A DNA stretch of 64,000 nucleotides, from IMG/VR virus record IMGVR_UViG_3300037502_003770, positions 124,001 through 188,000 of that record; one strand, 5' to 3'. Below the pieces are notes generated by a model. The model was given only the letters and a program-made list of their open reading frames with translations. It did no database searches and was not told the DNA's origin. Made by a program: the position numbers and the translations under genes. Shown one piece after another: positions 18,165 to 27,450 of this stretch; position 1 is the stretch's first letter; each line of letters opens with the position of its first letter.

Positions 18165-19410
18165 TAAATTATATAATATTTATATTAATAATTATTTTTT
18201 ACTATTTAATAATATACATTTAAATTAATGAAATTAATTCACAAAGGTTATAAATATAGAATCTACCCAAATAAAGAACAAACTGAATTGTTAAATAAAC
18301 ATTTTGGTTCTTGTAGATTTGTATTTAATTATTTCCTTAATTTAAAAATGAATACCTATAAACAAGAAAAGAAAAATCTAAATAATAATTATCTATCTTC
18401 ATTATTAACCCTTCTTAAAAAAGAACAGAATTATTCTTGGTTAAATGAAATTAATTCTCAAAGTTTGCAAGCTTCTTTAAAAAATGTTGACGTTGCTTAT
18501 GATAGGTTTTTTAAAAAGATAAGTCAATATCCAAAATTTAAAAGTAAAAATGATAAACAAAGTTTTAAAGTACCACAGTTTTTAACTATTGAAAATGATT
18601 TATTATATTTGCCTAAATTTAAGAAAGGAATTAAAATAAATATTCATAGAGATTTTAAAGGAAAGATTTTATATGGAACTGTATCAAAAACACCAACAGG
18701 TAAATATTATGTATCTATCACTTGTAAACAAGAATATATTCCTTTTGAAAAGACAGGTTCTATTATAGGAATTGATACTGGTATTAAAGATTTAGCTATC
18801 CTTTCAGATAAAACTGTTTATGAAAATAAAAAGGTTTTAAAGAAGAGGATAAAGAAAATAAAATATAAACAAAGGCAATTAAGTAAGAAAGTAAAAGGTA
18901 GCAAGAGTAGGATAAAACAAAGGAATAAACTTGCAATAGAACATGAGAAAGTAGTAAATATTAGAAAAGATTATTTACATAAAGTAAGTACAGAAATTAT
19001 CAAAAACCACGATATTATATGTATTGAAGACCTTTCAATAAAAAACATGATGAAGAACCATAAATTAGCGCAAGCATTTTCTGATGCAAGTTTAGGTACA
19101 TTCTATGATATGTTAGAATATAAAGCTTCTTTTAATGAGAAGAAAATTATTAAGATAGGAAGATTTTTTGCAAGTAGTAAAACTTGTTCAAAATGTAATT
19201 ATATTAATGAGGAATTAACATTAAAGGATAGGGAATGGACTTGCAAAGGTTGTGGCACGTTGCATGATAGAGATTATAATGCAAGTATAAATATTAAAAA
19301 CGAAGGTTTAAAGATATTATCTGGTTTGGGTTGCAAGTCGGATATAAAACAAAAAGTGATGGAGGCGTTTCCGTTAGGAGAGTCAATGAAATCATATATT
19401 TAGAAATAAA
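18165..19410 (+). mobile_element. IS200/IS605-family element, solo TnpB (IS1341-like), boundaries approximate
   Basis: TnpB ORF without TnpA, interrupting a promoter-gene-terminator unit. Confidence 0.65.
18228..19403 (+). CDS. tnpB: RNA-guided endonuclease TnpB
   Basis: HTH_OrfB start YKYRIYPNKEQ..FGSCRFVFN; RuvC-I GIDTG, RuvC-II IEDL, zinc finger CSKC/CKGC, RuvC-III HDRDYNASINI. Confidence 0.95.
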   Translation: MKLIHKGYKYRIYPNKEQTELLNKHFGSCRFVFNYFLNLKMNTYKQEKKNLNNNYLSSLLTLLKKEQNYSWLNEINSQSLQASLKNVDVAYDRFFKKISQYPKFKSKNDKQSFKVPQFLTIENDLLYLPKFKKGIKINIHRDFKGKILYGTVSKTPTGKYYVSITCKQEYIPFEKTGSIIGIDTGIKDLAILSDKTVYENKKVLKKRIKKIKYKQRQLSKKVKGSKSRIKQRNKLAIEHEKVVNIRKDYLHKVSTEIIKNHDIICIEDLSIKNMMKNHKLAQAFSDASLGTFYDMLEYKASFNEKKIIKIGRFFASSKTCSKCNYINEELTLKDREWTCKGCGTLHDRDYNASINIKNEGLKILSGLGCKSDIKQKVMEAFPLGESMKSYI

Positions 19411-19542
19411 TACAACATGGAGAAAATCCTGATTTTAATATCAATAAAATAAGCCTTGAATTGAACCCTCAATAAAACAATTTCTTTCCTTAAAAACCTT
19501 TCATTCTTAACAAATGAAAGGTTTTTTTGTATATAAAATAGT

Positions 19543-19788
19543 ATGGTAAAGGAAAAATCCGATTTATTGAAAGAAAATCTTATTAAAGAAATAATATTGA
19601 TTAAGTCCGAATCTGAATCAAAAAATATTCCGTCAGGTTCTATTTTAAAACTTATTATTTTTTATAATCCAACTTATAATTTAACTGTTATAAAATTTAA
19701 AAATAAAAGTATTAAAATTATTAAAAATAAATTATTTACATATAATTATGGTCATAGTAGTTCAATACATAAAACAATCTATCATTAA
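19543..19788 (+). CDS. LLDLQ-family paralogue, probably deleted or frameshifted near the C-terminus
   Basis: LKENLIKEII present; C-motif missing in frame but VVQYIK...* appears in another frame at ~19757-19813. Confidence 0.55.
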   Translation: MVKEKSDLLKENLIKEIILIKSESESKNIPSGSILKLIIFYNPTYNLTVIKFKNKSIKIIKNKLFTYNYGHSSSIHKTIYH

Positions 19789-19812
19789 AGAAAATAAACT
19801 TTTGAATTCGTA

Positions 19813-20136
19813 ATGAAAGAAAATCTTATTGAAAAAATATTTTCCCTTGAATGGAAAATACCTAAAAATAATTATGTATATCTTAATAAAGGAAATTTTC
19901 GTTCAAACAAATATTCACTAAATGCAATAAAAATAGAAAATAAAGAAATACTCATACACTATAAAAATAAATATTATGATATATATTTTTATGATGAAGT
20001 AACAACATTAGAAAAAAAGAATGTTCTTAAATCTTTATCTATTTTAGATTTACAATTTATTTTTCTATTTCTAAATTCAGAAAAAAATCAAAAACCTATT
20101 AATATGAAATTAAATTTTGATTCCATACCTAGATAA
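19813..20136 (+). CDS. LLDLQ-family paralogue
   Basis: MKENLIEKIF ... LSILDLQFIF. Confidence 0.8.
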   Translation: MKENLIEKIFSLEWKIPKNNYVYLNKGNFRSNKYSLNAIKIENKEILIHYKNKYYDIYFYDEVTTLEKKNVLKSLSILDLQFIFLFLNSEKNQKPINMKLNFDSIPR

Positions 20137-20147
20137 AATATATTCTT

Positions 20148-20453
20148 ATGAAAGAAAAATTAATTCAAGAAATATTGAATCTTGTTAAAAATACAAGAAA
20201 AGATTTTATTAACGATATTACTAACCCTTTTATCACTAATATCTATTATATAGACCCTGTATATGGCACTCGTAAAATATATTTAATGGATATAGTTGAT
20301 ATAGATATATACCAAATTATTACTGTAAAAAATTTAAATCTAGGTGATGATTATCGTAGTATAATTAATAAAACAGAAATAATAAGAATATTAAACCTTG
20401 TTTCATTATTAGACCTGCAATATATTCTATTATTATTAAAAAAATTTTTATGA
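20148..20453 (+). CDS. LLDLQ-family paralogue
   Basis: MKEKLIQEIL ... VSLLDLQYIL. Confidence 0.8.
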   Translation: MKEKLIQEILNLVKNTRKDFINDITNPFITNIYYIDPVYGTRKIYLMDIVDIDIYQIITVKNLNLGDDYRSIINKTEIIRILNLVSLLDLQYILLLLKKFL

Positions 20454-20752
20454 AAGAAATACTCCTTAAAGAAATAACCTCACTCCTTAAAGAAAAAGAT
20501 TTTACTTTAAAAAGTAACAATTATTATACTATTAATCTAAACCTTAAAAAAATACAAAATAAAGAATATTATTATTTCCTAAGAAATATACATTATAATA
20601 AAAATAATAATTCCTATATTCTAACATACAGTTTTAAAAATCAAACTCATCTAACAGATGATTATATCACACTTAAAAATAAAAATATAACCAAATATAT
20701 AAAACATATTTCCCTTCTTGATTTGCAATTTATAAAATTATCTCTTTTATGA
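20450..20752 (+). CDS. LLDLQ-family paralogue
   Basis: MKEILLKEIT ... ISLLDLQFIK. Confidence 0.8.
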   Translation: MKEILLKEITSLLKEKDFTLKSNNYYTINLNLKKIQNKEYYYFLRNIHYNKNNNSYILTYSFKNQTHLTDDYITLKNKNITKYIKHISLLDLQFIKLSLL

Positions 20753-20982
20753 AAGAAAAACTTATTCAAGAAATAAAAGATATTATTGAAAAATATGACC
20801 TTCATTATATGACAATATATACAGATATATATAAATTATCAAACCATATAAAAACTAATCGTACTCTAATGAAAGAAGTTTTCCTTTCTGATTTAAAAGA
20901 ATTTAACTTACTTGAATTGCAATTTACTTCTATAAAAATAAAAAATGATGCAAATAAACAAAGAAAAAATATCTTTTCTTAA
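20749..20982 (+). CDS. LLDLQ-family paralogue (short insert)
   Basis: MKEKLIQEIK ... FNLLELQFTS. Confidence 0.8.
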   Translation: MKEKLIQEIKDIIEKYDLHYMTIYTDIYKLSNHIKTNRTLMKEVFLSDLKEFNLLELQFTSIKIKNDANKQRKNIFS

Positions 20983-21295
20983 AGAAAAATCTTTACTTAA
21001 ATTTAAAAACCTTTTGGAATCACATAATAATTATGAAAATATCCTTAATTTTAGATATTATGTAAAACAAAAACATGGAGAAATTATAGGATATCCAAAA
21101 CCAATTTTAATAAATAATTATTATACTATACTTGAACTAAGAAAAAAACATTATACCTTATATACCCTACTTTATAAAACCACAAAAGAAAATAAATATA
21201 TATTCAAAGATTATAACCTTAATAAAATTATGAAAATATTTAAAAATATATCACTTCTTGACCTCCAATTTATTCTAATTCATATCAAAAAATAA
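20945..21295 (+). CDS. LLDLQ-family paralogue
   Basis: ISLLDLQFILIHIK. Confidence 0.8.
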   Translation: MMQINKEKISFLKEKSLLKFKNLLESHNNYENILNFRYYVKQKHGEIIGYPKPILINNYYTILELRKKHYTLYTLLYKTTKENKYIFKDYNLNKIMKIFKNISLLDLQFILIHIKK

Positions 21296-21306
21296 AACTT
21301 AATTAT

Positions 21307-21651
21307 ATGGATATATCACTTCTTAAAGAAAACCTTTTTAATCAAATATATAACATACTTGAAAAACAAAAAGAATTAGAATTAACAACACCCAATATTT
21401 ATATAAAATTTTTAGATGCTCATTCTATACATAATAAAAACCTATACCTACTAAAACTAAAATATCTAAATTCAAATAAAAAATATGAACTCCATTATAA
21501 ATATGATTATGATGGTAGTAATTTAAACCATTATAGAGTAAATTATTTAACAATTCAAGGAAAAGATATTTTATTGAAATCTATATCCTTACTTGACTTG
21601 CAATTTATTCTAATTCATATCAAAAACCGCTCACAATCAATTCAAATTTAA
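21307..21651 (+). CDS. LLDLQ-family paralogue
   Basis: LKENLFNQIY ... ISLLDLQFILIHIK. Confidence 0.8.
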   Translation: MDISLLKENLFNQIYNILEKQKELELTTPNIYIKFLDAHSIHNKNLYLLKLKYLNSNKKYELHYKYDYDGSNLNHYRVNYLTIQGKDILLKSISLLDLQFILIHIKNRSQSIQI

Positions 21652-21702
21652 AAAGGATATTCCACTACCAAAATATATTCTTCTCTTAAAATAACCATTT
21701 TT

Positions 21703-21981
21703 ATGAAAGAAAAAGATTTTATTAAAGAAAAACTCTTTAAACAAATAAAATACTATATTAAAAAATATCAACTTTGTTATATCCCATACACAGGTATTAA
21801 TGATTTACATAATATAAATAAAAACTCACCAACATATAAAATGTTTATTCATAATATAAATGAACTCCTTTCAAAAATAAAAACATTCCCACTATCAGAT
21901 TTAATCTTTCTAAAAAACCAAATTAAAAATGATGCACTCAAAAATAAAACAAAAACTAATAAATCAAATTCTTTCACCTAA
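21703..21981 (+). CDS. LLDLQ-family paralogue
   Basis: IKEKLFKQIK ... FPLSDLIFLK. Confidence 0.75.
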   Translation: MKEKDFIKEKLFKQIKYYIKKYQLCYIPYTGINDLHNINKNSPTYKMFIHNINELLSKIKTFPLSDLIFLKNQIKNDALKNKTKTNKSNSFT

Positions 21982-22345
21982 TAATAATCTAGTTGATAAT
22001 AAACATAATGTAGTAATAAGATATACCTCCGTTAATAACCCTAAACTCTATAATATAAAATTCTTTAATAAAGAAAAAACAACACATTACTCACTAAATG
22101 AACTCTCAATTAATAAACTCTTTATTAATACAAAAAAAATTAAAAGACATATAATAATTTATCAAAATAATTACCACCTTAAACCAATAACAATATCTCA
22201 TAAAAAATATATACACTCTTACCTAAACCTTATCCCACTACTTGACCTGCTCTTTATTAAAAATCTAATAATAAAAGAAAATAATAGAATAAAAAATTCT
22301 ATATTAAGAAATACTTTACTACTAGATAAACTTAAAAATGAATAA
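21929..22345 (+). CDS. LLDLQ-family paralogue
   Basis: IKQKLINQIL ... IPLLDLLFIK. Confidence 0.75.
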   Translation: MMHSKIKQKLINQILSPNNNLVDNKHNVVIRYTSVNNPKLYNIKFFNKEKTTHYSLNELSINKLFINTKKIKRHIIIYQNNYHLKPITISHKKYIHSYLNLIPLLDLLFIKNLIIKENNRIKNSILRNTLLLDKLKNE

Positions 22346-22595
22346 AATAACCTTTATTAAAAATACTCTTATTAAAGATATAAATAATTATAAAAATAAA
22401 TCACTTTCTCTTAATATAGAAAATTGTACATTTAAAATAAATAATACCTTATATAAATTAGAATTTTTTCAATATGGTGAAATATGTTATAGTACAAATG
22501 GTTGCTATACTTTCTTAAAAGATGATATTTTTTTATCTAAAATATCTTTACTCGACTTGCAATATATCCTTTTAAAAATGAAATCTTCTTTATGA
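22338..22595 (+). CDS. LLDLQ-family paralogue
   Basis: IKNTLIKDIN ... ISLLDLQYIL. Confidence 0.8.
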   Translation: MNKITFIKNTLIKDINNYKNKSLSLNIENCTFKINNTLYKLEFFQYGEICYSTNGCYTFLKDDIFLSKISLLDLQYILLKMKSSL

Positions 22596-22825
22596 AAGAA
22601 AAACTTGCCCTAAATATCCTACATACTATAAATCATTATAACCTTTTAAATAAAAAAATCCTTTATAATAATTTAATTTATGATTTTAAATCTTTTTATA
22701 CCATACTAGATTTTCAAGACCTACCCTTACTTGAACTACAATATTTGAAAATATTCCTTAAAACGATTGCAACCTATGGAAAAAATTACTCTTATTGGAA
22801 AAATTCTATCCCTTCTGAAAAATAA
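22592..22825 (+). CDS. LLDLQ-family paralogue (short insert)
   Basis: MKEKLALNIL ... LPLLELQYLK. Confidence 0.75.
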   Translation: MKEKLALNILHTINHYNLLNKKILYNNLIYDFKSFYTILDFQDLPLLELQYLKIFLKTIATYGKNYSYWKNSIPSEK

Positions 22826-23078
22826 AAACTTCTCACTAATAAAAAATAATAACCTAAAATTTATTTTAACTAATCAATATAATGGCTCATTATATTTCAT
22901 CTCTTATAATAATGTAAACAGTTATTATTATATACATTATTTTTACAATAATGACACCCATTTAACTACTGACTCTATTACAGAAAAAGAACTTTATTCA
23001 TACCTACTCTCTATGAATCTACTTGATATTCTCTTTATAAAATCTTATCTTATTAAAAATTCTATATATTACAGTTAG
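22767..23078 (+). CDS. LLDLQ-family paralogue (ATG at 22776 likely)
   Basis: EKITLIGKIL ... MNLLDILFIK. Confidence 0.75.
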   Translation: MQPMEKITLIGKILSLLKNKNFSLIKNNNLKFILTNQYNGSLYFISYNNVNSYYYIHYFYNNDTHLTTDSITEKELYSYLLSMNLLDILFIKSYLIKNSIYYS

Positions 23079-23083
23079 TAACC

Positions 23084-24035
23084 TAAAACATTTATAACAT
23101 TCTTTTAAATAAAACAATGTTTCCAAAACATAAATAGTTAAATATCAAAGAGTTATGAAAAATAATGGTATGTAATAATCACAAAGATTGTTTATTGAAA
23201 AGAATGTTTATACAAAACATTCTTTACTTAATAAAAAGAATCTTCTTAATAAAAACATTGTTCCTGATGAAAACATTGTTTTTTTTTAACAGCACTTTTT
23301 TTTAATAAAACATTCTTTCTAATAAAAACATTCTTCCCTTATATATTACATACATTGTATATAAAACATTGTTCTTAATAAGTAATATATTCTATTACAA
23401 TTACTTATATATAATAAAATAAACTTTTCTTGAATAAAAAGTTGTTTTTATATAGTACTTTTTTTATTGAAACCTATTTTTTCTATAGCACTTTTTTTCT
23501 TTTATATTATAGTTTTTATCTAAAAAAGGTTATTTTACTTGAAAACCTAATTTTTTCTACAGTACTTTTTCTTTAAAGAAGATACTTTTTTAATAAAAGT
23601 TGTTTTTTTCTATAGTACTTTTTTTCTTTTAAAAAAGATTATTTTACTTGAAAACCTAATTTTTTCTATAGTACTTTTTTTCTTTAAGTAAGGTTATTTC
23701 TTTCAGAAGGGAAGCTGTTTATCCCCTCGCCCATCGAGACACTCTAATTTTTTGAAATAAGTTTTCTTAAAGAAGACTTTTTTTCAAAAAACATATATTT
23801 CTTTAAGAAAACTTATTTTTTTATACAGCACTTTTTTTCAGAAAGTAAGTTTTTTATACAGCACTTTTTTTCTAAAACATATTCTTTTTTAAAGGGATAA
23901 ATTTTTCTTAGTAATTATTTCTTTTACAAAGGTAAAACTTTTTTCTTTAAAAACAAAATATTTCTTTAAAGTTTTATTTTTTCCTACAGCACTTTTTTTC
24001 TAAAAGTAAGTTTTTTTCTATAGTACTTTTTTTCT
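23084..24035 (+). repeat. non-coding iteron-like array
   Basis: About 9 AAA(C/G)A(T/A)T(G/C)TT boxes (23084-23375) and 10 A(C/T)AG(C/T)ACTTTTT boxes (23289, 23452, 23485, 23559, 23612, 23668, 23825, 23858, 23986, 24020); ~55 bp duplication 23522/23631. Confidence 0.8.
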
Positions 24036-24236
24036 TTTACAAAGATAGATATAATTTTTATATATACAAAATATTTCTTTAAAAAATTTCTTACCTTATA
24101 TATAGGTATGTTATACCGCTATGTTCCTGATGCCTGAAAAAAAACTTAAAAAACTTTAAGAAAAATTTGGTGGTATGAAAAATTGCCTTTATCTTTGCAG
24201 TAGATAAACAACCCAATAACCTTAACCGCTACTAAT

Positions 24237-24917
24237 ATGGCAAGTGAACTTAAAAGAGTACTGCACAAAGAAAGTAAAATTTTGTTTGTTGCAACCTATT
24301 CTGAGGATGCAGAAAGTCCTCGCACAATGTATGACAACTTATGCACTATGTTATGTTTTCATAATAGGTATAATTTAGGTGATACTGATTCACTTTTAAG
24401 AAAAAAAGGTTTCAACTATGATAGTGATGATTATGATAGTTGGGAAGAGATGGAGAAAGCTATCATAAAGGAGAATGATATTGCAATAATATTGCCTTTA
24501 TGGTTATACGACCACAGTGGATTAACAATTTCTTTTGGTAGAACTTGCAGCTGGGATAGTGGACAGGTAGGTTTTATACTTGTTGATAAAGCAACTATAA
24601 GAAAAGAATATAGTTGTAAGAGAATAAGTAAGAAACTTTTACTTAAAGTAGAAGAAATTCTAAAAAATGAAGTAAAAGAGTACGATTCATATTTAAGAGG
24701 TGATGTATATGACCTTAACCAATATACAATTTCTGATGAATATATGTCAGAAATAGAATCTGAAAATATCGATATTGATGAAATAGATATTGATATGTTA
24801 GAAGAGGTTGAATCTTGTTCCAATTATATTGGAGAAAGTTGGTTAGATGATGCTATAAATAATAGTATATCTTATCTAAATAAAAAATATCTTTCTCAAA
24901 AAGCTGAAACAATTTAA
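24237..24917 (+). CDS. conserved-looking phage hypothetical protein
   Basis: LPLWLYDHSGLTIS...WDSGQVGFI...YDSYLRGDVY; promoter at 24166-24197. Confidence 0.8.
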   Translation: MASELKRVLHKESKILFVATYSEDAESPRTMYDNLCTMLCFHNRYNLGDTDSLLRKKGFNYDSDDYDSWEEMEKAIIKENDIAIILPLWLYDHSGLTISFGRTCSWDSGQVGFILVDKATIRKEYSCKRISKKLLLKVEEILKNEVKEYDSYLRGDVYDLNQYTISDEYMSEIESENIDIDEIDIDMLEEVESCSNYIGESWLDDAINNSISYLNKKYLSQKAETI

Positions 24918-24938
24918 AATAGGGTTATATTGAACTTT

Positions 24939-25040
24939 AAAGCCTATCTTTTTTAAAGGTAGGTTTTTTTTCTTAAAGGTATTGTTTTATTCAGAAAAAA
25001 GGTTTATCTTTGTAATAAGTAAAACGAACTAATAACCTTT
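24939..25040 (+). repeat. terminator+promoter cassette repeat (related copies at 25446, 26222, 26386, 27317)
   Basis: AAAGCCTATCTTTTTTAAAGGTAGGTTTTT; TTATTCAGAAAAAAGGTTTATCTTTGTAATAAGTAAAACGAACTAATAACCTTT repeated at ~26393-26446. Confidence 0.8.
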
Positions 25041-25056
25041 AACCCTTAGAAAAGCT

Positions 25057-25416
25057 ATGTTAAACCATATAGGCGTAAGAGTAAAAAATTTGAGTGAACT
25101 TGTAGGTATATTTTTTACCACAGGTGAGCAGGTACAAAGTATTTCTAATACTTGTACTTTACATGATAATCATTTTTATCCTGATTCAAGGATTGAATTA
25201 TGGTTATACAGAACTTGCATAGCAAGGATAACAAAAGATGGTAAGTTATTTATTACTTATGGTGAGTATGGTAATAGTATGACTACTTCCAAAAGATTAA
25301 ATACTATTTTAAAAGATAGTAGTTTGAACTTGAGTAGAGAAAAAATTGCTCATTACACTAAATTGGCAAGGGAAAAAAAGCCTAATGAAGTGGAAATAAT
25401 AGAGTACAAAAAATAG
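25057..25416 (+). CDS. hypothetical protein
   Basis: Promoter-gene-terminator unit. Confidence 0.75.
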   Translation: MLNHIGVRVKNLSELVGIFFTTGEQVQSISNTCTLHDNHFYPDSRIELWLYRTCIARITKDGKLFITYGEYGNSMTTSKRLNTILKDSSLNLSREKIAHYTKLAREKKPNEVEIIEYKK

Positions 25417-25905
25417 TATTAATGATTGGGATTTTGGTTTATTTAAAGCCTACTTTTTTTAAAGGTAGGTTTTTTTCTTATATACTGATTCTTACTTAAC
25501 ATAATGAAAGCCTTTAGAATTGAATAAAAACTTTTATCCTGAAAGAAAGGTCGAATACTTAAAAATTTTACTTATTAAAAAAAGTTAAGTTTTTTGGTAA
25601 GAGTATTGTTTATTGAAAAAAATATGTTTATCTTTGTAATAAGTAAAGCAGTTCAAAAGAAAGAGCCTTTACCCAAGATTAAAACTTTTTTTCTTAAAGA
25701 AGTAGGATATATCAAAAATAGTCCTTATCTTTACAGAAAGAAAAGTACCACAAAGAAAGAGGCTTTCCTCAAGGAACAAAAAAACTTTAAAAATATTTCG
25801 CTTAAAGTTTGGAAGTATCAAAATAAAGTCTTAACTTTGTATAAGTAAAAACAATCAACCCAACCAATTTACCTTATGGTGTAGAGGCTAACCAAAATAC
25901 ATATT

Positions 25906-26157
25906 ATGAAAAAGTACACAATCGAGTTTTCAGTAACTTCAAAGAAGTTAAACACTACTTTAAATTCCGAGATGGAAATGCAAAGTAGTTCTGAAAATAT
26001 GGTACAAGCTTTTAAAGAAGCTACCATATTAGTAAATAAGTTAGCACCTATGTTTTCTGGTGAGGTCGAGTTCGATGTTACCAACGTGAAAATGAATAAG
26101 GTACATACTAAACCACGTAAAAGCAAAAATGAACCAGCAGCACCAGTAACCGCTTAA
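25906..26157 (+). CDS. hypothetical protein
   Basis: Promoter TAACTTTG at 25832; terminator at 26222. Confidence 0.7.
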   Translation: MKKYTIEFSVTSKKLNTTLNSEMEMQSSSENMVQAFKEATILVNKLAPMFSGEVEFDVTNVKMNKVHTKPRKSKNEPAAPVTA

Positions 26158-26453
26158 TATGTCCTGAGTACCTTGTAAACTACTCACTTCATATATACAA
26201 GTCAATAATATTTTACTTTCAAAAAACCTATCTTTCTTTAAGGATAGGTTTTTTCTTATATAATTAATTTTATCCTGATACCTTACTTAACATAATGAAA
26301 GCCTTTAGAATTGAATAGATTTTTATTAGTAGGATATTTCCTTGAATAAAGAAATTTTATATAAGGAAAAAATATTTTCAGAAAGTTATTGTTTATTCAG
26401 AAAAAAGGTTTATCTTTGTAATAAGTAAAACGAACTAATAACCTTTAGAAAAT

Positions 26454-26687
26454 ATGAGAAAAAACTCAACCCTTAGCAGAATAATTACTAAAGTAAATTG
26501 TTTTTATGGTGCACCTATGGGAAGGCAAAATGTAGGTAATTTACCTGATAATAAAACTATCTTTGATTGTAAAGTACCTATGAATGGTGCTTATGACGTT
26601 GGTGGCGTTTATTGGGGTTTAGGTTCTGAATTAAGGGTGTCTTATACAAAAGATTTAACCTTTATACATTTTTACAGAAAAGAATAA
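26454..26687 (+). CDS. hypothetical protein, Gly-rich
   Basis: YGAPMGR...GAYDVGGVYWGLG. Confidence 0.75.
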   Translation: MRKNSTLSRIITKVNCFYGAPMGRQNVGNLPDNKTIFDCKVPMNGAYDVGGVYWGLGSELRVSYTKDLTFIHFYRKE

Positions 26688-26771
26688 AAATATTTCCTTA
26701 AAGATTAGGTTTATTCAAAAAAATACCTTATCTTTACAGTAAGTTAAAACCTCAAAAAACCCTTATTCCTT

Positions 26772-26939
26772 ATGAAAAAATTCCTTTCCATTATCCTGAT
26801 TGCAGTTGTACTTTCAAGTTGTGCAACTTATCAATATCAACAACCTTGCCCACCTACCTATAAAGGTACGAGCAAAAAACGTACTAAATATATTAGTACT
26901 GAAAAGAATTGTTTAACCTATAAAAGAAATTCTAACTAA
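26772..26939 (+). CDS. small lipoprotein (55 aa, not in track)
   Basis: MKKFLSIILIAVVLSSC: signal peptide II with LSSC lipobox. Confidence 0.75.
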   Translation: MKKFLSIILIAVVLSSCATYQYQQPCPPTYKGTSKKRTKYISTEKNCLTYKRNSN

Positions 26940-26940
26940 T

Positions 26941-27273
26941 ATGAGAAAGTTCTTGCAAAATTGTTATTACAATATAGGTGGAATTATCCTTTCAAAAGGT
27001 GTTTCTATCTTAAATAAGATTCCTTTTTTTAAGAAAAGAGTTTCTTATATGGTTAAGCAAACAATAGTAGCTATCATATTTGATAATATGGTGTTACTTG
27101 TTAGTACAATAATATTTATTAGAATAACTAATTTGATAGTTTCTAATAATATTGTTAGTCAATATGCTGAATATGTTATATTGTCTTTAATGGTAATATA
27201 TTTTGTACCTGCAATGTATATACTTTGGAGACGTATGGAAAGGCATAGATTAGCATCAAAAGAACTAGAATAG
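26941..27273 (+). CDS. membrane protein
   Basis: Two hydrophobic segments. Confidence 0.7.
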   Translation: MRKFLQNCYYNIGGIILSKGVSILNKIPFFKKRVSYMVKQTIVAIIFDNMVLLVSTIIFIRITNLIVSNNIVSQYAEYVILSLMVIYFVPAMYILWRRMERHRLASKELE

Positions 27274-27450
27274 AATTAAGGTATTTGGTTAAATTTGGTT
27301 TAAGTAAAACGTTATTAAAGCCTATCTTTTTTAAAGGTAGGTTTTTTCTTATATAAAATTTTTTTTCTTAAAGGTATTGTTTTATTCAGAAATTATGTTT
27401 ACCTTTACACTAGGTAATTAAACCAATAACCTTTAACCCTTTGGCAGTCT

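Noticed and set aside
6585-23078. Diversity-generating retroelement behind the paralogue variation
   Set aside because: No reverse transcriptase in the window and no TR/VR pair differing only at adenines was seen
6585-23078. Stop-codon reassignment fragmenting longer genes
   Set aside because: The short ORFs are in different frames, each has its own N- and C-motif, and TAA, TAG and TGA all end genes; long genes elsewhere are intact in code 11
6585-23078. Integron cassette array
   Set aside because: Genes overlap with no room for attC sites and there is no integrase
23084-24035. CRISPR array
   Set aside because: Repeats are short and degenerate, spacing is irregular, spacers resemble each other, and no cas genes are present
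25594-25848. ORF 25594-25848
   Set aside because: TTG start; the sequence is a run of three promoter-like repeats (TATCTTTG, TATCTTTA, TAACTTTG), so probably regulatory
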